NCBI GenBank assembly: GCA_951406725.2
Contig: OX597816.1
Coordinates: 162,688,001 to 162,752,000, forward strand
DNA length: 64,000 bases
Direction: 5' to 3'
Origin: Octopus vulgaris
Taxonomy: Eukaryota
Shown: positions 41,446 through 55,339 of the stretch, piece by piece
How positions within the stretch are numbered: position 1 is the first letter of the stretch
How the letters are laid out: every line of letters begins with the position of its first letter
Translations under genes and position numbers: made by a program
Notes under the pieces: model-generated
Databases searched by the model: none
Seen by the model: the letters and a program-made list of their open reading frames with translations, nothing else
What the model was told of the DNA's origin: nothing

Positions 41446-41556
41446 TGTATATATATACATATGTATACATAAATATATATGTATGCATGTATATATATAC
41501 ATATGTATACATAAATATATATGTATGCATGTATATATATACATATGTATACATAA

Positions 41557-41588
<32 letters not shown>

Positions 41589-41600
41589 GCACACACATAT

Positions 41601-41651
<51 letters not shown>

Positions 41652-42097
41652 TATATATATATATATATCTTAAAACTTGCCAACGAATGCCACATTGCTA
41701 GTCTTGTGAATGTCGCTTTTCATTAAGAATATTATAACGCTAACTTGATGTGTGTCATACTTCAATAGTGCTTCACCATGTATACAACACAATCTGTCTA
41801 TACAGCTATATGTGCGTTTGTATGACTTTGGTGAGTATGTCCTCTGTGTGGCTATAGGTTGTCGGGTGGGGGGGGGGTGCTTGTCTGTGAGTGTGCGTGT
41901 GCATGCGTGCCACAGAAAAGTTATTATTTTAATGCAAGTTTACGATTTTCAGCGGCATATTTACTGATGGAATGAGTCAGTATATATACCGTAAAGTCAA
42001 CTTTATTAACTGTAACCCAACACATACGCATACATACATGCCTACCTACCTACCTACAAACATGCATACACATGTACTCGTGTACAAAGCTTTCTTC

Positions 42098-42136
<39 letters not shown>

Positions 42137-42203
42137 GATATATGTAATTTATTATGGTAATGAGATAAAAAAAAACAAAGCTGTGTAGATTTTAAATCAT
42201 TTA

Positions 42204-42364
42204 CGCAGGAGTGGGTGTGTGGTAAGTAGCTTGCTTACCAACCTCATGGTTACTTGCTCAGTCCTAGTGCAGGGCACCATGGGCAGCTGTCTTCTACCAT
42301 AGTCGCGGGCCGATCAAAGCCTATGTAAGTGGATTTGGTAGACAAAGAGTGAAAGAAGCCCAAC

Positions 42365-42418
<54 letters not shown>

Positions 42419-42655
42419 GTGTGTGTATGTGTGTGTGTGTCTGTGTACGTGTGTGCATGTGTGTGTGTGCTTGTGTGAGTCTGTATTTGTCTCCACCATC
42501 GCTTGACAACGGATGTTGATGTGTTTACGTCCCCGTAAGGTAGCGGTTCGGCAACAGGGAACCGATAGAATAAGTACTAGGCTTACAAAGAAATAAGGTG
42601 GTGGTCCAGCATGGCCGCTGTGAAATGACTGAAACAAATAAAAGAATAAAAGAAT
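42204..42655 (+). mobile_element. SINE family A, near full length
   Basis: colinear with other copies. Confidence 0.88.
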
Positions 42656-42750
42656 ATATACATGCACATGTACACATACATGTGTATAGATAGATATGCA
42701 CATGCATATATATATATAACATATGTATATATATGCATATATATACATAC

Positions 42751-42796
<46 letters not shown>

Positions 42797-42905
42797 ATAT
42801 ATGTATATGTATATATATGTATATATATATATATGTATATATATATATGTATATATATATGTATATATATATATATGTATATATATATATGTATATATAT
42901 ATATG

Positions 42906-42938
<33 letters not shown>

Positions 42939-42959
42939 GTTTATATATATATATGTATG

Positions 42960-43006
<47 letters not shown>

Positions 43007-43289
43007 GTATATTTATATGTATATATATATGTATATTTATATGTATATATATATATGTATATTTATATGGATATATATATGCATGTATGTGTGTGTGTAT
43101 ATATATATATATATTGTTATATTTCGGAATGGTCATATTGCCAGTTTAGCCAATAAAAACACACGCACTATACATTTCGTGTTACTTTGCTTCAGTGATA
43201 TTTATTTTTTACTTTAATCTTATACATATATATCCATATGCTTGTGTGGTTTAGTGTATCTATGCGTGCATTTTTGTTTTTTTTTTTAG

Positions 43290-43493
43290 AATCAATGACT
43301 TCGAAGTTTCGGCCTGCTTGCTCTTTATCGGTCCGATAAAGGCTAGGACGGGCCGCATTTCGAAGACCTTGACAATATTATTTTCATCAAAAAATAACAA
43401 GTGTGAATTCTGCAAAAATTATTGATTAATTTTACGGTTGAATGTAAAACTGTTTTTATTTATATATTTTTCCACATTGAAACAAACAGTAAC
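43290..43493. mobile_element. foldback TTCGAA family, copy 4, with a self-complementary spacer
   Basis: tcaatgacttcgaag..cggcctg..ctttatcgg-t-ccgataaag..cgggccg..tttcgaagaccttga. Confidence 0.6.
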
Positions 43494-43501
43494 TTCTTTG
43501 C

Positions 43502-43600
<99 letters not shown>

Positions 43601-43618
43601 GCTAGCTAGCTAGCTAGC

Positions 43619-43725
<107 letters not shown>

Positions 43726-43734
43726 GTATATATA

Positions 43735-43950
43735 CTTTTATTCTTTTATTTGTTTTAGTCATTTGACTGCGGTCATTCAGGAGCACCACCTTTAGTTGAA
43801 CGAATTGATCCAAGGGCTCATTCTTTGTAGGCCCAGTACTTATTCTATCAGTCTTTTTGCCGATCCGCTAAGTTACGGTGACATAAATACACCAACATTG
43901 GTGTCAAGCTATGGTGGGTGGGTGGGGGCTATAAACACAGACACACAAAT
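43735..43950 (-). mobile_element. SINE family A, 3' half
   Basis: reverse complement of the family tail. Confidence 0.8.
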
Positions 43951-44057
43951 AAATATATTTATATGTATACCGAAGTAAGCACGTAAATGTGAAGAAAAGT
44001 GGAAAAAAAGAGTACTCAAATATCATAGGTAGTGTAATATGCTTTATTTCAAAGCAG

Positions 44058-44110
44058 CAGAAATATAACAAAAGCTGTTACTCAGAGTAACAGCTTTTGT
44101 TACATTTCTG
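44058..44110. repeat. fold-back palindrome (26-bp arms, 1-nt loop) of a PLE end
   Basis: cagaaatataacaaaagctgttactc-a-gagtaacagcttttgttacatttctg, 25/26 pairs. Confidence 0.9.
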
Positions 44111-44213
44111 TTACATTTCTTTTAAATAAAGTATTTATATGTATATATATATATGGCTTGGACCAGTCCTTGGTCGAAACATATCTCAGTTTATCTAAGT
44201 TTATATATATATG

Positions 44214-44260
<47 letters not shown>

Positions 44261-44360
44261 CAACCTCTTTCCCTCTCCCTCTCTCCCTCTCTTCTCATTT
44301 TTCTCTCTTTGTATGTGTGTGTGTTTATATATATTTCTATGCATATATATTTATTTGTAT

Positions 44361-44395
<35 letters not shown>

Positions 44396-44447
44396 CGTAT
44401 ATATATATATACGTATATATATATATATGTATATATATATACGTATA

Positions 44448-44479
<32 letters not shown>

Positions 44480-44689
44480 CGTATATATATATACGTATAT
44501 ATATATGTATATATATGTAAATATATATATATATATATATACGTATATATATATACGTAGATATATATGTATATATATGTAAATATATATACGTGTATCT
44601 ATATATATGTATATACACATATATTTATATGTATATATATATATACATGGATAAACATGTACATATATGAATGTTTGTATATCTATCTA

Positions 44690-44747
<58 letters not shown>

Positions 44748-45155
44748 CTCTACACATATTCTAAAATAACAAATAGATGTATATAAATGTCTGCCAACAC
44801 ATCCTGTTAAGACTTCTCTCCGTCAAAGAATTGGTGCGGCGTGTGTATATGGCCGTATGTTATGTGTTATTAACTTCGATTATAACTAATACTGTAGCGC
44901 GTAAACAACTGACCGCAACTGTTCAGGCTCACACAATCAATATAGAGGTAAGATGTACACACCTGCAACATCATACGTATTTGTGGTATATTTTCGCATT
45001 ACATTACGTGTGGTTGTATGCTTTTTATGTACGTGTGTCTGTGATTTTGAATTAGCGCATGGTCTTCCGTATGCGCGGGTGTTCGAATTTACAAAACATA
45101 CATACAGAAATACATGTTCGCACACACGCGTCCGTACACGCATACAAACACACGT

Positions 45156-45416
45156 GTGACTGTGTGGTAAGAAGCTTGCTTCCCAATGTGTGTGTGTGTG
45201 TGTGCGTTTTTGTGCGTCTGTGTTTGTCCTTTCACCATCGCTTGACAACCGATGTTGGTGTGATTACGTCCCCGTAACTCAACAGTTCGGCCTAAGGCAG
45301 CAATAGAATAAGTACTAAGCTGACAAAATAAGTCCTGGTGTCGATTAGTTCTACTAAAGGCGGTGCTCCAGCATGACCGCTGTCAAATGTCTGAACAAAG
45401 TAAAAGAATAAAAGAA
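45156..45416 (+). mobile_element. SINE family A, internally deleted
   Basis: start of the head joined through (TG)n to the 3' half. Confidence 0.85.
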
Positions 45417-45634
45417 CGTATGTGTGTATTTAATTGTTTGCTTAAGGGTTTAGTCGACAAAATTAACCCCACGACATATTTGTTTTAATATCCATTCATC
45501 CCTCCGTCCATAGAACCATAAAATCATACATACATGCATGTATGTATATGTATATTCATATACAAATATATATGTGATTGGCCGCTAATTCCGAAAGTTT
45601 TTTTAATTCTCTCTCTGTATATCTCCTCGTGTTC

Positions 45635-45670
45635 CTTTCTGTTGAAGAGCGTAGGCTCGAAACGTAAAAG
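45635..45670 (+). ncRNA. minimal hammerhead variant (CUGUUGA core)
   Basis: cttt-CTGTTGA-a-gagc-gtag-gctc-GAAA-cg-TA-aaag. Confidence 0.65.
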
Positions 45671-45756
45671 ACTTCCTCACTTTCCCGAGCATTAAACTAA
45701 TACACCTGTGTGTTGTTTAGCCACCTGTTTTTGTCTTTTGTTTTTCTGTAAATTTC

Positions 45757-45856
<100 letters not shown>

Positions 45857-45881
45857 ATATATATATGTATATATATATATG

Positions 45882-45940
<59 letters not shown>

Positions 45941-46363
45941 GTATATATATATATATGTATATATATATGTATATATATATATGTATATATATATATGTAT
46001 ATATATATGTATATATACATATGCTTATATATTCTTGTGTAATATAGAATTATAACATAATAGTTCGTTCCATATTTCCAATTACAGAGACGTTTGCTCA
46101 GGTTTGCGAGTAATGTACAAATACACGTATATGACCGTGAGTGTGTGGAGCAATATTTGTTTGTATTTATGTATGTAGATATGTATGTGTATATGCATAT
46201 AACGTGGCAATGTTGGTCTCCATTATGAAAAATGGGTACAATATTGGCTACTCTGGGACTTTGATGCTGGCCTTTCACAGATAATTCAAGGAGTATACAT
46301 ACATGCATACACATAGACGCATACAATCGCACATACACTGACGCTCTAACACGAAAACGTATG

Positions 46364-46739
46364 TACGTTGTTATATATATATATATATATATGTATAAAT
46401 ATATATATGTGTATATATATATGAATAAAAAAATAAATATATATATATATGTATATATATATGTATTTATGTATATATATATATATTTATATATATATAT
46501 ATATATATACATATATACATATATATGTTTGTATGTGTATATGTATGTATGTATGTATACATATACAGATATAGATATAGATAGATAGATATAAACCTAT
46601 ATGCATATATACAAACATACATACGCACATATATAACTGACTATTTATCTCTATTTACATGTACATATATATATACGTTGTTATATATATATATATATAT
46701 ATGTATAAATATATATATGTGTATATATATATGAATAAA

Positions 46740-46783
<44 letters not shown>

Positions 46784-46784
46784 T

Positions 46785-46822
<38 letters not shown>

Positions 46823-46957
46823 TATGTTTGTATGTATGTATGTATGTATGTATACATATACAGATATAGATATAGATAGATAGATATAAGCCTATATGCA
46901 TATATACAAACATACATGCGCACATATATACCTATGACTATTTATCTCTATTTACAT
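46364..46957. repeat. tandem duplication of ~310 bp of microsatellite-rich DNA
   Basis: copies start at tacgttg (46364 and 46674) and share cctatatgcatatatacaaacatacat and gactatttatctctatttacat. Confidence 0.9.
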
Positions 46958-47231
46958 ATAAAGATCTATCTATCTAGCCGTCTATGTATCCTACACACAC
47001 AGATAGATAGAGAGAGAGGGAGAGAGAGAGGAAGAGAGAGAGAGAGGGTGGGGTGGGAGATAGTGAAGGTGAGAGCTAAGCTTGCTAATTATAATGTCTG
47101 TGCTAGTCTCACGCACAGACGTTTGACACTATCACTCCAGCTTGGTTACGTTGGTTTTGTTGATGATGGTCTCGTTGTAATTGTTCGCCTCTAGGTCAGC
47201 CTTCCTTAGACAAGTGAATCTATCTCTTTTC

Positions 47232-47738
<507 letters not shown>

Positions 47739-47859
47739 TATATCAAAGACCTTCTAGCCATGACCTTCCAGTTTTCACTTCATTTCCAGGAAGGCTCTAC
47801 TCAGCTGATGTCATTCAACTTTATTTATTTATTTATTTATTTATTCATTTATATATTTA

Positions 47860-48140
47860 TTTACTCTTTTACACGTTTCAGACATTTGACTGCGGCCATG
47901 CTGAAGCACAAAATTTCTTTGACGAACAAATCGACCCCAGGACTTATTCGTTGTAAGCCTACTACTCATTCTATCGAATTCCTTTGTCGAACCGTTTGGC
48001 TTCTGGGATATATACACACCAACATCGGTTGTCAAGCGATGATGGGGGACAACACAAACACAAAGATACACACACATAAATATATATATATATATGCATA
48101 TATACACGACAGGCTTCTTTCAGTTTCCGTATATAAAATC
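47860..48140 (-). mobile_element. SINE family A, 3' two-thirds
   Basis: reverse complement of the tail and central part. Confidence 0.85.
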
Positions 48141-48315
48141 CATTTTTTTAATTTATTCATTTATATATTTATTTTGTGGTAGCATTAGAGCAATACGATA
48201 TTTGAGGCTGATTTCAATCACTATTTACAACCGGTCGAGAAATCGATAATAATTTCAGTTGATATCGATATATATTAAAACTGAGTGCTAAAAATTAACT
48301 CCGCAAATATATATC

Positions 48316-48375
<60 letters not shown>

Positions 48376-48399
48376 GGTGTTTGTGTGTACATAAATATA

Positions 48400-48885
48400 G
48401 GCGCAGGAGTGGCTGTGTGGTAAGTAGCTTGCTAACCAACCACATGGTTCCGGGTTCAGTCCCACTGCGTAGCATCTTGGGCAAGTGTCTTCTGCTATAG
48501 CCCCGGGCCGACCAATGCCTTGTGAGAGATATGCGGTGATATACATCTGGAAAATCCTGGAGGGTCTTGTCCCAATCTTTGGCATTCAAAGTTACCCCAA
48601 CCGCAGAACGGGGCGCCACTGCATGGTGCCAAAGATTCCAACATCACCATCAAAATACAGGACCAGATACTGCAACAGCTTGGGTTTCAGAGGATCTCTT
48701 CTTGTCGGGAGTCCCAGATGATCCTACCTCACGACAGGAGACGCAGATGCGGGATGCAGCATCGAACTCCCTTGTTGATCAAGTGCCACGTATCAGAGGT
48801 GGATTCACAAATTAGTGTAGCTCATTCAGCGGTGATGCCCCAGCATGGCCGCGGCCTTCGGGCTAAAACATTTTAAAGGATTTAT
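48400..48885 (+). mobile_element. chimera of a SINE-A head and the LINE family 1 3' end
   Basis: 48400-48526 is the SINE head; 48524-48885 matches LINE 40371-40815 with an 80-bp deletion. Confidence 0.95.
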
Positions 48886-48906
48886 ATATATATGTATAAA
48901 TATATA

Positions 48907-48952
<46 letters not shown>

Positions 48953-49142
48953 AGACAGAGAGAGAGAGGGAGAGAGAGAGGGTGAGAGAGAGAGGTTATG
49001 AGAGGTAATGGTGTCAATAAGACCAAAAAGGCGTCAGGTAATGATGAGTAAGTGCTATGGATAAAACATAGTTAAGTTTATTACATCCCTTCATTGGACA
49101 CACCGTATACATATTTAGGTGTGTGTGTGCGCGTGTGTGTGT

Positions 49143-49332
49143 GTGTTTGTCCCCACTACCATCGCTTGACATACAATGTTTACGTTCCCGTAACTTAGTA
49201 GTTCGGCCTAAGAGACGGACCGAATAAGTACTGGGCTTGCAAAGAATAAGTCCTGGAGTCAATTTCTTCTACTAAAATCAGTTAAGGCGATGCTTCAGCA
49301 GTCAAGTGACTGCAACAAGTAAAAGCATTAAA
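49143..49332 (+). mobile_element. SINE family A, 3' half
   Basis: CCATCGCTTGACA..GTAACTTAGTAGTTCGG..GAATAAGTAC. Confidence 0.8.
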
Positions 49333-49440
49333 AAAATCATACATACATACATACATACATTCAAAATGTGACCGCGTGTGTACCGTTGGCGATTTTTTTT
49401 TTCCTCCGTCTTCCCTTCTCTGGATCTTTCCTTCTCCTAT

Positions 49441-49475
49441 GTTTCCGACGAAGAGCTCCGCTCGAAACGTTAAAC
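49441..49475 (+). ncRNA. minimal hammerhead variant (CCGACGA core)
   Basis: gttt-CCGACGA-a-gagc-tcc-gctc-GAAA-cg-TT-aaac; a partial copy lies at 29932-29950. Confidence 0.6.
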
Positions 49476-50137
49476 CCTCCTTCTTCCCTTCCTTCCTTTG
49501 TGTTTTCATGTTTGGATTAACTATATATATGTATATATTATGTGCTACTATCAGTTTGATGTATTGAGAATATGCCGGTGTTCTTTAATACGTCTGGTGT
49601 CCTAGTGCAATCATCAGACACTGCTCACCTCGTACAACGAAATATAAATGGGAGGAAAGGATAAGAGAAAAAGCGAGAAAAGACGAGAAGGAAGTATATA
49701 TTATATCAAAGCTGGAAGGTTGAAAAACCGGAAAGCGAACCGTAAATTATAAGACTGAAAAGATAGTGGGTTAGAATCTGTGGTACAGTTATTCAACCTG
49801 GAGAGGGAGGCACTTTCCTATTCGTCAACTGGAACTTAGCCATATGCTTACAACCGCTGAAAATTTCAGTTATAGAGTTTAACAATGAGTTGGAGGTCTT
49901 AGATCTGAAATGAATCTACGTTCTTTCAGCTATACATAGCTTGCCGTTTTTGTTTATCCGTTAAAATAGGGTGCGAATTTTCCAACTATTTTCTATTTTA
50001 TCGTATGTGGGGTGGCGTTCGATTTCAAACCCCAGACGTGCCTTGCCAACTTTATTTTTGCTTTATTTTTGTTCCTGTGTTGAAAGAAACATGGGATTAA
50101 CAAGCGACTTTCGAATTCGCCTTAACATAGTCAAATA

Positions 50138-50519
50138 GGAGCACTCCGTTGGTTACGACGATGAGGGTCCCAGCTGATACGATCAACGGAACAGCTTGCT
50201 CGTGGAATTAACGTGCAAGTGGCTGAGCATTCCACAGACACGTGTACCCTTAACGTAGTTCTCGGGGATATTCAGCGTGACACAGAGTGTGACAAGGCTG
50301 GCCCTTTGAAATACAGGTACCACAGAAACAGGAAGAAAGAGTGAGAGAAAGTTGTGGTGAAAGAGTACAGCAGGGTTCACCACCATCCCTGCCGGAGCCT
50401 CGTGGAAACTTTAGGTGTTTTCGCTCAATAAACACTCACAATGCCCGGTCTGGGAATCGAAACCGCGATCCTACGACCGCGAGTCCGCTACCCTAACCAC
50501 TGGGCCATTGCGCCTCCAC
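50138..50519 (-). mobile_element. SINE family C, full length, tail type 1, with TSD
   Basis: 14-bp TSD aacatagtc(a/c)aata at 50124-50137 and 50520-50533. Confidence 0.95.
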
Positions 50520-50649
50520 AACATAGTCCAATATAGCTCTTCCAATCGTTTGTTTTATTATCTAGCGTAGCTGTATCTTCTGCTTCATATCTGACGGATT
50601 AAATAATGCATCGCTGGTCGAGTGGACAGGTTCTTGGGTCTCGACTGTT

Positions 50650-51060
50650 ACTACTAGGTGTGAGCTCTTACTGTTGGTCTTACTGTTGGTGTAATGATCC
50701 TTTTCATATTTGGGAAGCAGCAATATGATAATTTCACTGAGCACCTGTTAAATAGTTTCTTGTACATGGGATTTTCTAGAAAATGTTTGTCTAGGAGAGA
50801 CAGGAATCTTTTACATATGTTAGATTTTACGTTAAGGGAAAAGGGAGAAGCGAACCAAATCATTTTCCTAGGTCTAGTTTTAGGTCTATTATTCTTATAT
50901 CGATTAATATTGCCGGGGTTATTTATTAATTTATCCTTAAAGCCATTATTGGTTAGGGCATTGTTATAGTAGGGAGTTGCCTACTTGAAAATTTATTCAG
51001 AGGAAGAGAGGTTAGAAATTCCGTTACTAATGTTGGCTATCAGTTTTTTAAATACTGCAG
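50650..51060 (-). pseudogene. Penelope-like element ORF remnant (post-RT/linker region)
   Basis: ISNLSSSE*IF..ATPYYNNAL...RKMIWFASPFSLNVKSNICKRFLSLLDKHF...KLFNRCSVKLSYCCFPNMKRII resembles the PLE block IIWFNPP..FNRN.VKVSYSCMPN. Confidence 0.8.
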
Positions 51061-51463
51061 AAAGGGGAGATGTGTTTTGTTTACCTTACCATCACGGACA
51101 GTACACTATACTTATATATATGAGTGTGTGCGCGCGCGTGTGTGTGTGTGAGTGTGTGCGTGTGTGTGTGTGTGTGTATGCGTGTATGTGTGCACGTAAC
51201 TGTCTCGCTTTGAATTACTTTTATTCTACATTTGTACCTTAATATTCTGTATCGCATTCTTGTCTCTTCCTTTTCTCTTTTGTTTCTTGTTTTTTTGACT
51301 CGCCAATTCCCGGCAGTGCCACCTGTTGGGGTATAATATTATCGATTAGGTACGAAATTGCGATTGACCCACAGACCGATAACTGACGAGGAATTGGCGA
51401 CCATCATCAGAGTCTATTTTCCGTTCGTTTGTGCATTTATGATACATTTTAAAATCATATATG

Positions 51464-51534
<71 letters not shown>

Positions 51535-51877
51535 CATAAATTTTCTGTAAAAATTATTTCTGATGAAGCTCAGGAATAAAATAAAGACACAGAATAAATA
51601 ATTATCAAAAACTCCGAATACCTTCTTATTCTTAATATAATATCTGTACATTACTTCAAACAATTTATTCATTCTGGTTGTACTGAGCACTGCATATTTA
51701 TGTCCATGAAAGAATACAAGTGTTGACAGTTATACCCCAAATTCGCAAGCGTCTCATGTGATTTCTATTAGAATAATCTGTGTTCGTACGTGGAACGAAA
51801 TGCTGATCAAGGATATCTGATAAGAAGTAAATTGTACCCAAGATAGTATAACAAAAGTCTGTTTCATTTGATATGAC

Positions 51878-51959
<82 letters not shown>

Positions 51960-52141
51960 TGTATATGTGTATGTATATGTATATATATATATATATGTAT
52001 ATATATTATATTAAATTAGAGATAAAACCACTATTAGGCAAATCAAACAATGAAAAACTTAAGCCAATACATAAAATTAATTAATTTATATTATTTTAAA
52101 TATATATCAAAATTATTAAAAGTTTAATAAAAGATAATGAG

Positions 52142-52174
<33 letters not shown>

Positions 52175-52179
52175 ACAAT

Positions 52180-52242
<63 letters not shown>

Positions 52243-52430
52243 CAAGCTTCATATATATATATATATGATGAAGAAATTATATAAAATGTATAAATAGATG
52301 ATGAGTAAAGCACCGGCACAGTATTGATTACCTGTTGTTATCCGTAGATTTATTGTAGGAACTTCGTAGTGGCGGTTGGGGTAACAGTATTAATAAAATA
52401 GGAGATGGAATGTGGAAAAGACTTTATTGG

Positions 52431-52472
52431 GTACAACACATGTTTCGACCTGTTCTGGGTCTCTTCAAGTAC
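52431..52472 (-). ncRNA. minimal type I hammerhead motif (UUGAAGA core)
   Basis: gtac-TTGAAGA-gacc-cagaaca-ggtc-GAAA-catgtg-TT-gtac. Confidence 0.72.
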
Positions 52473-52647
52473 ATCAATAAAAGGTCTCACTAGAGATGTC
52501 TTGAGTCGGCTCAGGTACCGCTATATGTCCATCGAATACGAGAATGAGTAAAAACAGAGAAATATTATTGAAACACAATTAATTCAAATATTAACGTGGA
52601 CACTGTACATTCTGGTTAAGATAAAATAACGTAACGAGCTTTCGCTG

Positions 52648-52705
<58 letters not shown>

Positions 52706-52921
52706 GATATCATCGAGCATATGTTATTACAAAATTTTAGACAAAATTTTAGACAAAATTTTAGACAAAAGCATTAAGACATAATTATAAGTGAATGAGG
52801 AGCTAAATTATGTTTAGTCATGTATGTTGTACCGTGTACAGGTGCAAATTATATTATTTGAAATGTATTTTGCTTATGTGTATTAAGAATATGTATTATT
52901 CAGAATATGAAGCTTGTAATA

Positions 52922-53080
52922 GGCATTGGCGCGTGATTTAGATATTCGTTTTGGAGTCACTTGTTATCGTATTCAGTCCCTTTTACATAGCACCATATGC
53001 AAGTATCTTCTGTTATAACACGAGGTCTACCAATGTCTTGTTAAGGGATTTGATAGGTGGAAACTATGTAGAAGCTCGCC
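52922..53080 (+). mobile_element. SINE family A, decayed 5' half
   Basis: TTCAGTCCC..GCAAGTATCTTCT..GGATTTGATAGGTGGAAACT. Confidence 0.6.
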
Positions 53081-53136
53081 ATACATACATACATATACAC
53101 ATACATAATACATGATTACACACCTATAATTACGTA

Positions 53137-53492
53137 CATAAAATCACAGAAAAAGAGCATATCTATGGACAACTGCTTCGAAACCTTCAGTTTCTATATC
53201 CAGACTATGAATTCACATTCATACCAATAATAATTGGAGCACTAGGTTTTGTTAGAAAATGCTTAAATGAGAAGCTGGATAAACTGGGATTTTTAGACAG
53301 AGAAATCGACCGGATTATTCGTACAATGCAAGTCCAATCTGTGAGTGGAGCAATAAAAATATGCAAGACTTTTCACAAGTTCCAAATGTGAATTTGTCTG
53401 TATTAACTACATCCTAAAGATGGTGCCTTGTATCTTTGTTGGAAACCAGCTCCCTCCTCAGTGGAAGATTTATAATAATTAAAAAATAGGAG
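53137..53492 (+). mobile_element. R4/Dong-like (RLE) LINE 3' end, subfamily 1
   Basis: KITEKEHIYGQLLRNLQFLYPDYEFTFIPIIIGALG...KICKTFHKFQM*; EK..Y and IIGALG are typical of the restriction-like endonuclease C-terminus. Confidence 0.85.
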
Positions 53493-53508
53493 TCATACAT
53501 ACATACAT

Positions 53509-53912
53509 TGAACTATTTAGAAATCAGCAGTTTCTCTATCCAGATTACAAGTTCAGATTTATACCTGCAAATATTGTGGCACTTGGATATGTAACACACT
53601 GCTTAAGTACCAATCTTGAGAAATTAGACTTCCCGAAACCAGAAAGGAGAAAGCTGATTCGAAGACTACAGATTCAAGCCATCATTGGAACTGTAAAAAT
53701 TTGTAAAACTTTCCAGAAGTTTATCATTGAAGTATATATGACCATGTCTAGATATGCAACTATATGCATAAGAAGACACATAAAATAAAACATACAAATC
53801 TGCATATGTACATACAAACATATGAAACACCCCGCTATGAGTGTCGAAATTCCAATAAAGGAACCTTGGATCTAGGTTAGGAAGAAATTTTGAAATAAAA
53901 CTGAATAAGACG
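53509..53912 (+). mobile_element. R4/Dong-like (RLE) LINE 3' end, subfamily 2
   Basis: ELFRNQQFLYPDYKFRFIPANIVALGYV...IIGTVKICKTFQKF; its 3' UTR differs from subfamily 1. Confidence 0.85.
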
Positions 53913-53968
53913 TACATAATACATACATACATACGTACATACAAACATATAAATACATACACATGCGT

Positions 53969-54290
53969 GACATGGTTCCAGATTCAACCCCACTGCGTGC
54001 CACCTTGGGCAAGTGTCTTCTACTATAACCTTGGGCCGACTAAACCGCATTTTGACGACCGCGAGTCCGCTAAACGGAACCACTGAAAGAAGTTGCGCCG
54101 CCACATTATATATGTATGTATATCTATGTGTGTGGGTCTTTCTGTCTGTGTTGTCCCACACCTACTGCTTGGCAACCGTTGCTAGTGCGTTTGGATCCCC
54201 GTAACTCAGTGGTTCGGTAAAAGAGACCGATAGAATAAGTGTCAGGCTTAAAAAAAATAAGTACTGGTTCCCAGCATGGCTGCTGTCTAA
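53969..54290 (+). mobile_element. SINE family A with an inverted SINE-C patch at 54042-54072
   Basis: aaaccgcattttgacgaccgcgagtccgcta replaces the usual aaagccttgtgagtggatttggta. Confidence 0.8.
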
Positions 54291-54921
54291 TACAAACCAC
54301 TCCAAATTTGTCCTAATTTTTAGCACTTGGCTGAATGTGAGGAAATGGACAAGAAAATCTATAAAATTTTGAAAAACTTTTTATCTTAAGATTTCGTGCA
54401 AAATAATTACAACAAATCTATAGTGGTTTGTAAATATTAGATATCTACTTCTAAGGTATTGGCGCTGTCCCTTCAGCGCCCTTAACTATAATTATATATT
54501 TATGCTGTTGTGTCTGGAGAGAGTCATTCTCTTTTGGTGCCTTTTAATTTAACACACTCACCGGTAAAATTTCCACTTATTTCTTTTTTATTTTTCTGAA
54601 ATTTTCGTTACGTCTTGCGTCCCCAGACACAACAAAATATACTTCAACACACGAACTCACATAAAAAATCTTGCAAACTAAATCAAAAAACGAAATATAT
54701 ATTTATGATTATATACTTAAATATTAATTTTCCGGATATGGTATTTTTTATACGCTGGTCACTGGTATAATCATTTTAATGACTCTATCCTCAATTTATA
54801 CATACATACACACACACCCACATACACACACACACAAACTTACACACATACACACACACATACTTACACATACACACACACATATACACACACATACACA
54901 CACACACACACACACACATAC

Positions 54922-54957
<36 letters not shown>

Positions 54958-54993
54958 TTACACATACACACACACACACACACACATACACAC

Positions 54994-55035
<42 letters not shown>

Positions 55036-55339
55036 TTATTTATTGAAATGGATAAATGAGTTATCTTGTTACGGATTATTCAAAATTTAACCGATACCTG
55101 GGTAGCAAAAATCACAACAGATATATATATATATATGTATATAAGGTTAGCTCAAATAGGTTTATGACAGATTTTAAGTTCTAATGTCTGCTACACTTCA
55201 GTTTACCTAGGAGAAAACTTCTCGTTTAGAGTAAAAGGTGTAAAAACACTCATATAAGCTCATTGGTGATCTCTCTCGGACTCCTAGACATGATATATTC
55301 GCCTACTTGCGCGTTTGTAAGTGTGTGTGCGCGCACGTG

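Noticed and set aside
51560-51580. CTGATGA as a hammerhead core
   Set aside because: No stem II or GAAA partner
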